Positions 37,316-51,000 of a DNA stretch of 64,000 nucleotides are shown here, one piece after another. The stretch lies in the NCBI GenBank assembly GCA_036172245.1, contig JAYWIR010000031.1:1-64000 (forward strand), given 5' to 3'. A model generated the notes under the pieces. The model ran no database searches. It was not told the origin of the DNA and saw only the letters and a program-made list of their open reading frames with translations. Within the stretch, counting starts at the first letter, position 1. Every line of letters begins with the position of its first letter. The DNA comes from Raillietiella orientalis (lineage: Eukaryota). A program made the position numbers and the translations under genes.

Positions 37316-38799
37316 TTAATCTTTGAAGGTACCAAAACTACTGTCGTTGATACCTGAAGAAATGCGCTGTTGCTCTGTTTTGATTTCTGGAATAACTAAA
37401 CCATGGAAAACACTTGCAATCAGACATGTACTGGCGAAAAAGAAACAGATTCCTGGAAGGCCGAAAGCGTTTCTCAAGTCGAAGTAAATCTTCGCACTCA
37501 GAAATAAGGTGATCCAAAGCCAGCTTCCAACGATAACAGAGCATACATTCTGACACGACGGTGGTAATAAATCCCCTACCAAAACGAACTTCAGCGGTCC
37601 AGGCCCTATTGAAAACAAACTTATTATGCTCAACAGCATAAGCATCGGTATCCAATTGAACGGTAAGTTTGGTGAGATCGCAGATAGTATCAGGTAAATA
37701 CCCATGACAACATAGCAAACGCTCATGACTCCATAGGAAATTATCCCGATGACTTTCCTCCCTAAGCTGTCCATCAGGAATGCTGAGGGTATCGATGCTA
37801 CGACCTGCAGGACACTCAAAAAAATAGCACTGTCGTGTTCATCTATCGACAAGCCCATATCTCGGAAAAAGGAAACAGCGTACAAAATAATGCTAAAATA
37901 TCCGCTGAAACGTTGCAGCAGCAGGAACACCAGCAATATTGTGATTGGACGTAGGACACTGTACCGGAACAGGCTCACTTGCTCTTCGACTGCAACTTTC
38001 TTTGACTGATAAGACTCGATAAGCTCAGAAACTTCCTTCTCTTCCAAAGGACCTTTCAACCACCTGATGGCATACTCGGCTTCTGAATAGCGCTTCTGGA
38101 TGGCGAAATATTTGGGGGATTCCACTACCAGAAATATGGGTATGGACGAGATAACGTTCACAAGAGCGCAGAACCAAGCGAGGGACCTCCAAGACAGATA
38201 TTTTCCTAAAAATATAAAAGGGCCCGGTTTTTCTGAAGCACCTTACCTGCTATGAATGTTGCCATCAATCCGAGGTTAACAGCTAGAAGCAGAATGGAGG
38301 TGAGATTTCCTCTTATGTGAGGTTCGGTGACCTCGGTCAAGTAGATGATGGATACGATAGCAACCATCCCTATTGTGATGCCGAAAATAAATCTTCCGAC
38401 CAAAACCCATGTGATATGGGGTGCAAAACAGATACACATCCAGGAGAGCATCCGAGGCGGCAAAACAAGACACATCGCTCTCTTAGGACCCAATCTAGAA
38501 TACCAAGTATGAAGCAGGGAGCCAAAAAAGGCTCCGAAATAGGGCAGGCTTCCGATCCATGACGCTTCCTCTTCCGTGATGCGAGGAAATGTTTTCGTGC
38601 CAAAGTCACTCATGGATGCGATAGCAGGCGATGTGTATCCTTCGGATAACCCCATCGGCAGTATAGCCAGGCTTGCTGAGATGGTCACCATAACCTCGAA
38701 ATCAAAGATTTTGGCATCACAAATCAGAATCCGGAAAGATGTATGAGCAGTCAGAGTCCGCTGCCGCGTCGTCGGCAGAAGTGAGCAGAACGTCATCAC
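37316..38799 (-). CDS. MFS sugar porter, facilitated trehalose transporter Tret1-like
   Basis: GYTSP, WIGS, LGPK, GRFIFG, YLTEV..P.IRG, ESP, DSLGRK, IGPGP and PE motifs with hydrophobic helices; 41-nt intron 38206-38246 joins the two ORFs; start codon uncertain. Confidence 0.88.
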
Positions 38800-38859
38800 G
38801 ATTCCAATTCAGTGCTAAAGAGAAGTATCTGACGCGAGTGATTCTCTAGATCGAGGATA

Positions 38860-41100
38860 TAGCAAGATGCTTCACTGCAAGAACTTGCAGGAAGGAGAGG
38901 ATCGCGGGACGCACAGCGCTTTCGCCGCCTTTAGAACGTCGACGCGGCGTCAGGCAGGACGGCGGCGCAACCAGAGAAAGCACCGGGAATTGGAACCGAC
39001 TGACGGCGTGCTGTTTCTGAGAGCAGAAAGGGGTCTGTTGCATACCTGACGGAACATGGTACCAGAAAATGCAGGAGTGCACTCCCTTTGCGAGGAAGCT
39101 TGGTCATTCCTTCCCATTTCGGTTCCTGGCTCGGCAGTTCTCGGATCATCCAAGACCCTCGCAGGAGCACGCGTGTTCGATCAAGAAGATCTAAGAAGCA
39201 GATGCAATCCCGAGTCCAAGCGTCCCAGGGCTAGATCAGCTCCTCATCTGGAGAAACATCGGCAGTTTGCTCCCATCCAAGTCGATCCCGCTCACCCCCT
39301 TCAGCTCCCGCCCACCACGCGCCCCAGGGAATGAGAGCCCGCTGGTCCCTGGTCGGTATGAGTGGACGAGAAACGTCAGTTCATCCTCAGAAATTTACAG
39401 ATCGCTCCATAATCGAAAGAGAACTCGGGATGCAGCCGAGAAGTTGGGGCAGCTTCCCGCCACCGTGAGGAAGACTCTTCGCGCAGTGCAGCTTGGGAGG
39501 AGTGAAGAGACCCGAACACGAATGGCCGCTGTGTGGCACCCAAGAAGGAGAAAAAAGGGGGAGGAAAGGAAAAGAAGAGAAGGAAGCAGGCGAGCCAGAG
39601 CGGGAGGTAACGCACACCTAAGAAAGGAGAGTTTTGTAAGAGGATGCTGAAACCCGATCAAAGGAAGGAACTGGAAAAGGAATGGAAGAGAGCTCCAGAG
39701 TGATTCGGGGATGAGACTAGCAGCAGCATCCGCGACTAGCCCTTGGTCTCATTCGGGAACCCCTTGATTCGCTGGGTAACACTCGGATCTGCGCTCGACC
39801 GACACCACGCACTCGCGATGGGGAAAAGGAAGCGGGTCACCAGAGTGTGGGCAGATGGCGCAGGGAGAAGTGGTGGGGTTCGAGATCACCAGTAGAGCAG
39901 AGATGAAACTACATCCTACAGAGCAGAAAAGTCAATGGAAGGAGGAGAGGGCGAAACTGATTGTAGATTGGGGGAAGGATGGGGGAGGAAGGAGACAGCA
40001 TTTTCAGGCGAAAGGCCAAACGGTACCGCCTTGCTTCTGGGCGGCGGAAAGACAACGCATCCTCAGATCCACTTATGGCGATGGATAGGGAGGTTGGGTT
40101 GCAACGGCCCCCGTCAATCACCGGAGCCAGCCGCAAGAATCCCCTTTCTCCCCCGTAAGAGCTCTCGGCGTTTAGGAATGCAGGATCTCTTTTTCATTTC
40201 TGGGATGAAGAGCGGATCTTCATATTGGAGAAGCCTCTGCGTTCAGATGGTGTGGAAATCAGTTCGGTTTTTCATCTCTGCATGATACTGCAACCTGCCA
40301 GGAATCCAAACAAGACGCGTGGGAGCAGAGATCGGTTCTCTAGCATACATTGCACCGAAATGGAGATGGGAAACAAAGACGGCAGAGATGACACGTAGCA
40401 GATGACGTTGAAAAGTGTGCCTGGCTGTTCCCGTTTTGTTTTCGTTTCTTGATTCCCCGGCCGTGACGAGACGGAGATCCTACGCTCTGAGAATCTGGCG
40501 AGCCGTCGTCCGGGGCAAGCGTTCCTAACCGGTAGCATAAGGAATCTCTCGTAACAAGTGCACTCGGGTTGCTCTGCTCTCTTCACTTCCTCCTATTGCA
40601 GACGCATCATCTTCAACTCTCTGAGCCCTTTGGATGCTCCCTCTACTGTGCAACCCTTCTAACAGGGGCTTCTTTTCGGCTCGTTTTCTTTCTTTCACGG
40701 GAGGAGCCGTGTGTAATGGTCTGCGACGTGCAAACACTGAAGACGAGTTGAGAGAAAATTGTGGAAATATCTGTTCCGCCCTCCACCTCCATTCACGGCA
40801 TGTGTGAGCAGTCAATAAACGTCCGGATACAATAAGAATCGAAGGCACGCCAGACTGGAAGATTGAACTGGCAGAACTTCCAAGGACCAACAACAACGAC
40901 AGAGAGATGCGGAAACATGGCCAAGGGATGTGCATGACAAATTTCGGGAAAAGATGTGCCCTCTCTGGGATGGACGGCACCAGCTGGGATTCGTTCCAAC
41001 GAGCGCCTGAAGAGCAACGGCATCGTGGAGTTTAGGGTCGAGACTAGCAGCAGTCGCGGGAAAATTCGTACACTGCAAACACAGAGCTCCTGATCTCGCT
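38860..41100 (-). mobile_element. Heavily decayed L1/Tx1 fragments related to the left-hand array
   Basis: Remnants such as (V)LDDPRT..., SVPI...DAAS and PERAHLFPKFV resemble array ORF2 (EILEDPKKR, VSVPI..DAAS, LPERAAVWNTF); locally raised GC. Confidence 0.5.
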
Positions 41101-43217
41101 GATTTCAGAAGACAAGGTGCCGGTATCACCATAGGTCCAAGGTCGCTCAGAGAAGTGATGTGTGTGTCTTTCCCAAACATCCCACGCTTATAAGCCAAAA
41201 TAGCGCTCGGCAAAAACATGCATCTTCAGAGCGAAACGGGAATTTTTTTCTCACGGGAAACTTAGTAACAACTTTTGTTCCCTCCTTGTAAGAAGGGAAA
41301 AAAAATCCATCCGTGCCATCTGCAGAAACTGTTTTTTATCTGCAGAAATAATTTCCTACTTGCTGCATCTGTGGCTCTCTTGATCTACGGACGTGGCAAA
41401 TATTCTTTCGAGAAGGAGTGGGAGCTGTGAGCTTCCGTAGCCGTCGGATCCCTCTCGGCAAAATCACTGCCAGATCGTGGGCGATGCAACCAAAGCACTT
41501 AGATGCAATGTGGCGCACTTCCGAGATTGGTTGCAATCTTTCTTCACAGAAATGCTATCTAGAGAGGCAAGACAGTAAACCAGGTATAACAGTGATTCGC
41601 TGGATTGCAGTGTGTTTGCATCATCGCGATTCAAATCGATCGTTTTCACGTCATCCAACACGGAAATTTGTTTTTTTCTCTCTCTCTCTCTTAACGAAAC
41701 ACAATCGATTACTGATCGCCAAATAAAATTCTAGGTACAGAGAGAAAAACACACACACGTACACGTACACTTATATGGTGCCGTAAAACATACACATGTG
41801 TTAACACTTTGCATTTTCTGAATTATGATACCAAGTGTTAGTAACCAAACAAGGGTGATTTCTATGTTTCAACACGTGCAGAGTCGGAACAGGCGTTAGG
41901 ATATGTCTGCCAGAGTGCAATGGTTCCCCTTCCTCATGCTTGCAAGGTGTCCCCATTTCGCAAATGATGCCGGAGTCTCAAATCTCGCCCGCCGCGCAAT
42001 TTAGCAGCATCTCAACTCTGACTTAGGAATCTCGATTCTAGGAACGCCAAAATATAGAATTCGGCATGCCACGAACCTTTTTCCAAGAATGGACGAAGGA
42101 CGTTTCCCATCACCTTCAGCCAAGAACTTGAGACGGCTGTGAGGAAACTGGCTCTCTAAAACGCAAGGCAGCTACACAACAAACACCCTCGGACTGGCTG
42201 CATTGCAGCTCACTAGCTCCCTGACGGGATACGCAAGCTCTGCAAGCTGTCACCGGGCAGGTGCGAAGGAAATTAGGATGGCTGGAGTCGCACTTGCTTC
42301 AGCTGCAAGTTTTCTGATTCATTTATCAGCACCTATTGCTTTGAGAAAGACGTAATCACGACGGTTGCTTATCACAGAGAGATGGCAAACCCGTATAGAA
42401 TTTCCACTTATGCAACTGTTCCCAGCTACTAGGCAAAAGGAGTCAGCAACGAAGAGGCCAATTCCAGGCATCGAGGCTCGCGAGTCCTAAAATCGGAAAC
42501 AAAGGAAACCTGACAGCTTTTTTGTTTGTTTTTTGTTTTTACACATGTAGAAGTAAAGAGTCTTAAGTAGTCACAATGCATTAATTAGAAATAGCATTTA
42601 ACCATGCGGAAACTATAACGAGAAAATATTTTTCCTTTTAAACGCACCACGTGGATTCATTCAAGTGAGTGGTACATGTGGTTTTCTAGAGTTGTAACAT
42701 CCTTTATTTAGAGCTTGACAAAGAGCCCTTGGATTAGAAGAAACTGCTACCCGATGTAAGAATTTTTTGTTTAAAAAAAAAAAAACAATGGGAAATAGAG
42801 TTTTACACCACTCTTACCCGCAGACTTGCACACGACGAAACAGCCCGCATCTTTCTTCGATCTCTCTGCGTGTGCCTTTCTACGAGCTTTCAAGGGTAGT
42901 GCGATGGAATCAGCAAACGAACGGAGGTGGCCTTAGAGAAATCCAGAAATAGAACAAACAAAAAGAAAAGAATCCAAAACTTCGGGTGAGAAAGCATGTC
43001 CACTCGGAGCTCCTTTCGGAAACAGTCTTAGCAATAAGAGTGGCTTCCACCTCAAGCGATGCGAGGCATATCGGATGCTCAGCATTTCGAAAAGTTGACT
43101 TCATGTGATCTACACAACAAATAAAACTCCGTTTTAGACTTTGAAGATGAATAAGCATCAGATTTATCGAATCAAACTCGTGTTAGCTACATGAAACAAT
43201 ACCTTAATTTTCCTTAA

Positions 43218-43701
43218 CCCTTTGGGTGCGGAGCTCATCAGATTGAAACGTTCCATGTTGACGTCAGTCGCAGTTGGACGGACTGCTTCTTCGCGCGCTC
43301 CATCGAGGCACCGACTGACTACAGAAAGTGCTGCTACAGAAAGTTACTGTTATAATTGTTTGTTGACACCGCATTACATAGAATGTCTCCATTTTGCCCA
43401 AATATATTTTATTTATTTTAAAATTATAACTATAATTCCAATAATTCGTTTGGGTGTGGTACAATAAAATCGCTCATATACGGCGCAACTAGGACATTAT
43501 GTTATTCTCGGCATTCAGAGAGATGAAAAACCGAGAACTGTCAGCCGATATACATTGAAGTTTGTATACTGTCGTTTCTAAGGGAATTATAAGAAAATAA
43601 GCGTATGTGTCCACCTCAAACATGGATAGTGTTACTTATGCCGCGTGTACAAGATAAAAACATTTGCCAGACGCATATATGCGTCCACAGCACTCAAAGG
43701 G
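43218..43701. mobile_element. piggyBac-like non-autonomous element (MITE), ~484 bp
   Basis: TIR CCCTTTG(G/A)GTGC at both ends, flanked by TTAA (43214) and ATAA (43702); subterminal palindrome gacgcatatatgcgtc at 43670-43685. Confidence 0.75.
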
Positions 43702-44329
43702 ATAAATGATACTTCGAGTAATTATTAAATTAAGCATCACTTTGTCATAATCAATCCATGATTATCTTTGTCAGATTAGCCAAAGGAACCCATTTCAGGA
43801 CACAGAGACTGACTTTTGCTTATGCATCTGAAAGGTTGCGGCACCTACCCTCCGTAACGTCGATTCATCACCACTTCTCTCAACACTGACGCGTTGACCG
43901 CTTCACCTACGAATCCGTCCGGCAGCACTTCGGCGGGTCTGTGCCTCTGTCCAGGAGTTCTGAACATTCTTGGTCACCAGCAACGTCTTAACCACAGAAC
44001 TTTGCGGTGACAAACCCTTCAGATGCAGACTTCACCAAAGGACTGACACACATTATCGTAGACACCGTTAAGCCATCTGGCAAACAGCGGCAGTGGAACG
44101 GTACATTCCAATGTCCCCTCCGTGTACCAAATGCTCGCAAAGCAGGACATTTCAGACAAACGTAACTTTGTACGTAACCTTACACTAAACGTTGCTTCAA
44201 GGATCATAGGAAACATAAGAGTGGTGGTAAACTTGGATGCTTGTGAGCATCCTCGTATTGTCGACATTTCCTGACAAATGCGGAGCGCGATCAGGTTGTG
44301 CACATCACAGCATCTGAAAGGATGCGTTG

Positions 44330-45150
44330 TGATCATGTATTTGTGAAATGAAATTCTTCCTCGCCAAGTTCCGGCCGCTCACAGCAATCGAAGAGACAAT
44401 CCGGTGGCTGTAGAGGATCCAGGCGAAGATCTAGACGTTCTCCTTCGCCAATGACCGGAGCTGACGTCTCCTCATCGGCACACGCTGGGGATGTTGCACG
44501 CGAGGAAAGATGAAAGTCGGCTACTCGACTAACGACTCGAGCAGGAACGCACCCAGAAGAGGCTTCGATACTTCTCCGGGAGTTGAAGCTCCATTCGCTC
44601 CAGCTTCAGAGGGTCCAGTCTTCCATCCCGACACAGAGCAGTCATGTCTTTCAACACCTTCCTGCGGGTCCGAAGGGCTCTCCGTAGGAAATCCTCGGTT
44701 CGCCTTTCCACATCTCTCGGAGGCAGGGCAGACGAAAAGCAGGGGGCGGAAGAGGGAGATCCACGAATGTGTTCCATGACGCGGCCCGTTCCGTCAAGGG
44801 AGACTTGCCACCCTGGACACTGTCCTTTCGAAAGAGGCCGCCACCAAGCTCCTGCTGGTCAGAAGTCCTCCGACGGGCTGCTTTAACTATCCCACCCGCG
44901 GGGGATCTCCAAGCGAATCCTTCAAAGGATGCAGAGGACCCCCCACCACAGACTGTAACCCCATCCCGAAACCCCCATGAAGGTTTCCTTCTTTGTATTC
45001 ATTTATTTATTACTTTGTTTTCCTTTCGTTTGTTCCCACCTCTTCCCTCTCCTCCCCCTTCCTCTGCTGCAAGGGCGAACTTTGCCTATCGAAGTGCCGG
45101 CATCTCAGTCCGCTCCCGAGAGAACCTGGACGTGGTAGGGCCAGGAGTCC
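44330..45150. mobile_element. Decayed L1/Tx1 copy: inverted post-RT fragment (-) joined to the 3' end (+)
   Basis: Minus strand RRTEDFLRRAL...RDGRLDPLKLERMELQL matches RTKDLLRIAL..RRDGGLGLLTLERLELQL; plus strand atccttcaaaggatgcag...ctgtaacccc, pyrimidine tract and cctctgctgc match the ORF2 end and 3' UTR. Confidence 0.75.
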
Positions 45151-47287
45151 TGCTGCGGCTTATCATCTGTGTGCTCACTGTAAGAGATCAATGCCTCCGC
45201 ACAGCCGGGTGACGAGGACGTTACGAAGGGAATCAGAAAGAGAGGCAATTAAAGGAGCAGGATACTTCTGAAGGTGTGTGTTCTTCGCGCGACATTTCCC
45301 CGGTGGCGGAAAATTTTGCAACCCTGTTGCGTAGGAAAGATTCTTAAAATAACTGGACATGCCATGTGGAAGGAAGAAAGCTTCTGGCTTGAATAGTTAC
45401 AAGCAGAGAATACGCCCAGGCACAGTTCCATCCCTCGAAAGGGCTGATTGCTTGAGTGAGGAGGCAGAGAGTCACAAGAAATGGATGAACGAAAGAATAC
45501 GCAGTTCGTGGGGAGGATTCAAAGTTAGTGATGGGCAGGTGACTGGTGGAAACAAAGGATGCTCAGAATTTTTGATGTAGCGCCTTACAGTGTCGAGTGA
45601 AGTTTGCTGAAGATGGAATGCAAGCAAACAAGAAAGGTCTTTTTGTGGTCTTCCTCCATCAGAATCCGAAGAAGGTTTCCGAAGATAGTGGAGTCTCTCG
45701 GGACGAACCCATTCACTGCTTCTCTATGGTAACGTGAACTCACAAACTCGGGAACGGCTAAGGACGAGTCTGCCTTTTTTTTTTTCCGACACACGCGGAA
45801 CCTTTAGCTCAGAGCACCTGACGCAATCCGTTTTATCCCACCATATAGCCCAGTGTCTTGGGCCCGAACAAATTCGCCATTCATCTCACGTCAAGAAGAG
45901 GAAATTTTTTTTTTTTTTTTGGCATTCCCTTTATGGTTACTCTCCAAGCGCTTTCTTTTTCTCCTACCTTGGAAGCATCTATCAAACTGAGTCCGTGTCC
46001 TTCGAGATTCAAAAGAGTGCCATAGCAGCAGCGTCTCTGAAAATCAGGTAAACAAGAAATCTTTGAATGTAGGTGCTTTTCCGACCATTCTGTTCCAGGA
46101 TTTATCGGACATGACCAAGAAGGTCTGAGCGCGGCCGAGGACCCGACCCAAATGGGAAACGTCATCGTACTCTTTGCTACAGCCACACGCAACATCCGTT
46201 GTTTGAGTGTATTGGAATAAGATCTCGGATACAGTTCCCTATCTTGGCCGATACAGGGACCTCGAAGCATGCTACGTCCTTCTGCAGCGTCCATCTTGCA
46301 ACCGTTCAAATTTCCGTTACCCGAGGACATGAATGCTTTGGAGCAGCTGCAAGTTTCTACCGGGAGAATTGCATCCTACTTGTGTGGTTCCATAAAATGA
46401 TTGTAGCTAAATGCGGTAAATCTATTAAAAAAATCCACTATTAGTGGATGATTCGGTTTGGAACGCCTTGATCTGTAAAATCTTGATCTTGCTGATTGCC
46501 TTAGCATGCTTCAAGATACCCAATACAATGAGTGAGCACTTGGCAGCGTCCCGAAGAAAAAGAAAAAATGCATCAGCTGATCTTGTTGCGAGCTTCACTT
46601 TCCAGCTTTCCCTGGATGCTGTCATGCTTTCCAGGTTTCAACACGAGGCAGGGGACCAGAACCGTTGGATTTAAATGGAAATTTTTAGTGTAGGAAATAC
46701 GGGAAACGAGATTGTAGCAACAGACAGCCACTGTGACACAAGGAATTCTCCTCATTACAGAGATGTCCAGCTGGCTCTCTAAAAACGGAAGAAAGGGGCC
46801 ATCTCTACAATACCGCTCAAACGAGTCTCATTGTATTTCTTGAGATGCAATCAATATGGGAAGCAGGTTTTAGGAGCAGCGCAGGAAGACAAGAGGCAAC
46901 AATCAACCTTCTCTGCAAGCACGGTGGCTCAACTGTCTTCCACAATACCCGTGTCGGAATTTCGATCGGATTCTGTGCACCTGGACCGGGTGAGTTCCAC
47001 GAGCAAACCACACGCTGGATATGAAATGAGTAAAATTCATCAGGACTCATAGATGACGATGTGGACATGCGTGGGCAACTTGGATGCGAACGTGCTTCAT
47101 CGTCCTAAGCTCTCCAGTTTTGAAAATACTCCTGGATGGGCAGCAGATATTTCAGATCAGAAGCTACGAATGGTGGTTTAGAAGACTTTCGCATTCCGCT
47201 TGAATCGAAGGGCAAACCAATGCAATGCGTACGAACAGGGCATACTTGAATGAAAGGAAAAATAGGTGGTGGCTTAATAGCTTAACC

Positions 47288-47362
47288 CGTGTCGGAGGCC
47301 ACGGTGTTGAGGTCTCCGCTTGCGGCACCAAGAGTCGCGGGTTCCAATACCCGGCAAGAATC
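47288..47362 (+). repeat. Possible tRNA-derived SINE head
   Basis: Degenerate A-box-like (aggccacggtg) and B-box-like (gggttccaatac) motifs at tRNA spacing; no clean cloverleaf. Confidence 0.3.
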
Positions 47363-47479
47363 GACGCCCAGAGATGGGGGGTGAGTCGTGTGTTAGAGTT
47401 TTACCTGCAAGATGACGCTGGTTGGCCTAGGTGCAGCACTGGTAGCGGTTCGAACCGGATGCCTTCGATGAGTGGCCAG

Positions 47480-48010
47480 GATTGGGAGTCGCCCTCCGGT
47501 CCTTCCAGGAAACAGAATCAAGGAGTGGGGGTTTCCCTCCGGTTCTGCAAAGGAGCCGTCCCTTCCCCCTCGTGGATGGACCCTCTGTCTCGTACCATGG
47601 AGCTGGTTTGGCATCTCCAGAGTGCAGAGAAGCGAGCCGCTCCCTTCGGGGAGCGTCCTTCTGAGAAAAGAAAATTCGGTCCCTTCGGGGTTCTTTTCAG
47701 AGGAGGAAAACAAGAAGCGATTCATTTGCAAGTTCCCTCCGGAAATGAAATTCCTACTAGCGGATCCGTTCCAGTTTCCCTTAGGAGAAGAAAAATGGAG
47801 CAATCCCCTCCGGGGATCCCTCCAGAGAGAATAAGGAAAGAGATTCCCTTCGGGGTTTCCTTCGGCGACAGCCAGGGTGGAGGGTTCACTTCGGGGATTC
47901 CTTCCCAGAGTGAGAGGAACGGATTCCCTTCTCTGGAGTCCTTCCTGGATTCATAGGATGGTTTTCCTCCCGGGGTACCCACTATCTTGAAGGATTACAC
48001 TCCTCGGGTG
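47480..48010. repeat. Degenerate GC-rich repeat of ttccctcc/ggattcc/ggag(g/a) motifs
   Basis: Many recurring (gg)attccc(t/c)c and ggagga-like units in both orientations. Confidence 0.5.
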
Positions 48011-51000
48011 GCGTGGACAGCGTTAAAGTGCTACGTGAGCTGTCAGGTGAGCGACTGTTCTTGAGGTACTCGGTGAACACCCCCCAAAATTGCTTAACCA
48101 GTGAGCATCTTAAGGTTTCCACCAGCGCCTTCCAAACGTGCTAAAAATGCTCCGTAGACTCTCTTGAGCTCTACATGAGGAGTGACGACATTTATTCCGT
48201 AACTGTTCTCATGTATTACATTTTAGTTTGCGTACTCTCACAATACGGAGTCTCTGAGCTATTTCACGGTGTGCATCAGCGAATCAAGAAGTGGCAACCC
48301 AGGATTGCCAGTGCAGTACCATTCCACCCCCTGCTACGAATCCAGAGGAAATGATAGAATGAGGATCCTCTGATCAGACCTTCAGTTGAGCATCTCTCGA
48401 GCAATCCTTAATGATTAGCATGATCAGCACATCTCATATCTGATGTAAGGTTGGAAATCGCATCAGGGATCCCCTTGGGCATGTTCCGGAACGTTCACAA
48501 GAGAATTCCACGAGACATCTTTTTGAACTATTAGATAAAACACAACAAACTTCACTCATCGGATTGACACTGTTTGGAAATCCCGGAGGATGGCGTGTTC
48601 CAGCGATTCCAACAATGAAAATAAATCGCCGTTTTTTGATGTCTATCAGAAAATGGAACCTTTGCTAGTAACGTAAATTCTTTTTGAGTCGCCATCGATT
48701 ATGCAGAGAATATTAACAGCATCCAATGATGTTTCGTTTTACTCTGAATTATCTTCTCGCTGTCCACAGTGGCACGATAATTTAGTTAAATCAAATATCC
48801 TGCCGGTGTCCATTTGCAATGGCAGTACAATGGTGTAATCAGGTTGAATTAATCAACTAGGTTCTCCATCTTGAATGCCTTTAACAATAATGCAATATAA
48901 AAGCTTCTCTATCATTCTCGGATCACAAGAAGCATCCTTACAGGTTGACTTCTCTCATGACGTTATCTATCAGTAGTTTTGGTTCATATCTATGACTGAG
49001 ATCGAAGCTATAAAGATTTAAAAGTCGAACACCGTTAGGGAAGTAAGAAAGATTTCAATTATCTATCGAATATGCTAAAAAAGAACAATATGCATGTAAG
49101 ATAAGATTAAAAATACACACATGAGACGATAAATATAGGTGCACATGCGATACATACGTGTTTAAGACAAGCAAAAGAGTTGGACTGATTCGAAGGTCTC
49201 TGCGCGTGCGTCAGGTGCATAGCAATTAAAAGGACCCAACCACAGCAATTAAAAAGAGGCTGAAGCATGCGAAACAGTAAAATCATAGAATCAATGGAAT
49301 CATGACAACAAAATAAAATGCAAAGTATTATGCAATGCAACCTATTAATTATTTGTTGGATTTATGAGCGTTATATTTTAATAGGATAAGATGCTCACTG
49401 TCTTCATTTTAAAACAGTATTCTAAATTAGCAGATAACGGTGATAGCTGGGAGAGAGATAAAAGAATAGTGATAGGATCGTAAAGCAGTAATTTGCATTC
49501 GAGCCATCCCATCATCTTAGAGGATTTCATACAATGGTCGACTTCCTATTGGCCGCTCAGCAGCAACCGTAGATCTAATATGTATATAATTACTGCCCTA
49601 TGTGCATGAGATGGAAAAGATGACGGATGAGGACCGTAAATGCAGAATCAAAGAATGCATTTAATTTTCACTGTGCTGCAAGTTGATGCGACAACGTTGT
49701 TTTGGTCATGTAAACCCACTTGCTATCGGAAATCCCAATATATCCATAGCTTAAGTCAGAAAAACAGTTTGATTCATTGACTGTGACTGGGTGTTGTTGG
49801 AAAAGTAGGGATTTCCAATGGAAGCTACAATCTATCCAGAAGTGTGGTTTCCTGAAAGCGTGTTGAATGGATTCCAGTCTTCAGAAATATCACAAACCCA
49901 CAAGTGAAGTGGCAGTTGTTGGGCACAGACATGTGAAATCTTCGCTCTTCTATTTCCTTATGGACAACAAATTATCAGCTTTTCGAATGTCACATTCTTA
50001 TGAAAGTGGAACAACAGATGAAACTATCTTTCGGTAGCAGCATGTCGAGATTTCATTTCTTACAATCCACTGATTCATAAAGAGATGATATGAAACTGAC
50101 GCGGACGATATAAGGGTAACAACACCGCGAAAACTTCTAATTCTGAATAGAATAGAAAGAAACTCCGTTTGATGGCATTCACATTGCCAAAGATTTCTGT
50201 CACCTGCTTCACACTTATGCGGTGAAAACACCCGCGACGAAATTCCGCTACAGTTCCTTTGAAACGAGATGCAGACACAACCTTCTTTCAGAGGAACAAA
50301 AGTAGAAACAGTGTCTAATGTAAATTGCATGAAACTAGATGTCTAAATCGAGGACTGTTTTCTGCTACTTTGGACATGATGGACACAGAGCATAAAGTTT
50401 GTTCTCTCCATGAGCGCTCTCTCTTTGAAAAGCCTGGAAGAATATGTTTGAACTCAGAAATAAATCACATCTTAAAAGAAAACAAAGGACAAAGATTCGT
50501 AACACTTGAAAACAAAAAATAAATTTTAGGATCCGACTGTAACCAAGCACTGGTATAAGACTCGCGACCATACCTCAGTATTTCTAATTAATATATTTAG
50601 GGCGCATAATTCCCACCAGATAATGTCAATGACAGACAATAAAACTAAAATTATTTTAATAAGAATCTTGATGTCAATATTTTTAAAAATCTTATTGATC
50701 TTAATATTTATTTCGTTTTAATACACTATTATGCTTATTTTAAAACAGTGTTATTATCACTTGAAAATAATGTGTTCTAATAAAAAAATGCATTCCTGTA
50801 AAGAAAAATCTCAATAGTAAGAAAAACAAATGCTTATACAATGTTCAGTTTAGAAGAAGAATGAAAAAATGAAAAACAAAAGAACACTGTGATGTAAATA
50901 TACGAAGCACTTGTGAAATAATTGAGGCAAGGAACAAATGATGAAAGCTAGGCAATCCTGATTAAAACTGGACAGGTGGCAATCCCAAGTACGATTCTCT

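Noticed and set aside
47288..47362. Functional tRNA gene
   Set aside because: The acceptor and D stems do not pair cleanly and the boxes are degenerate.
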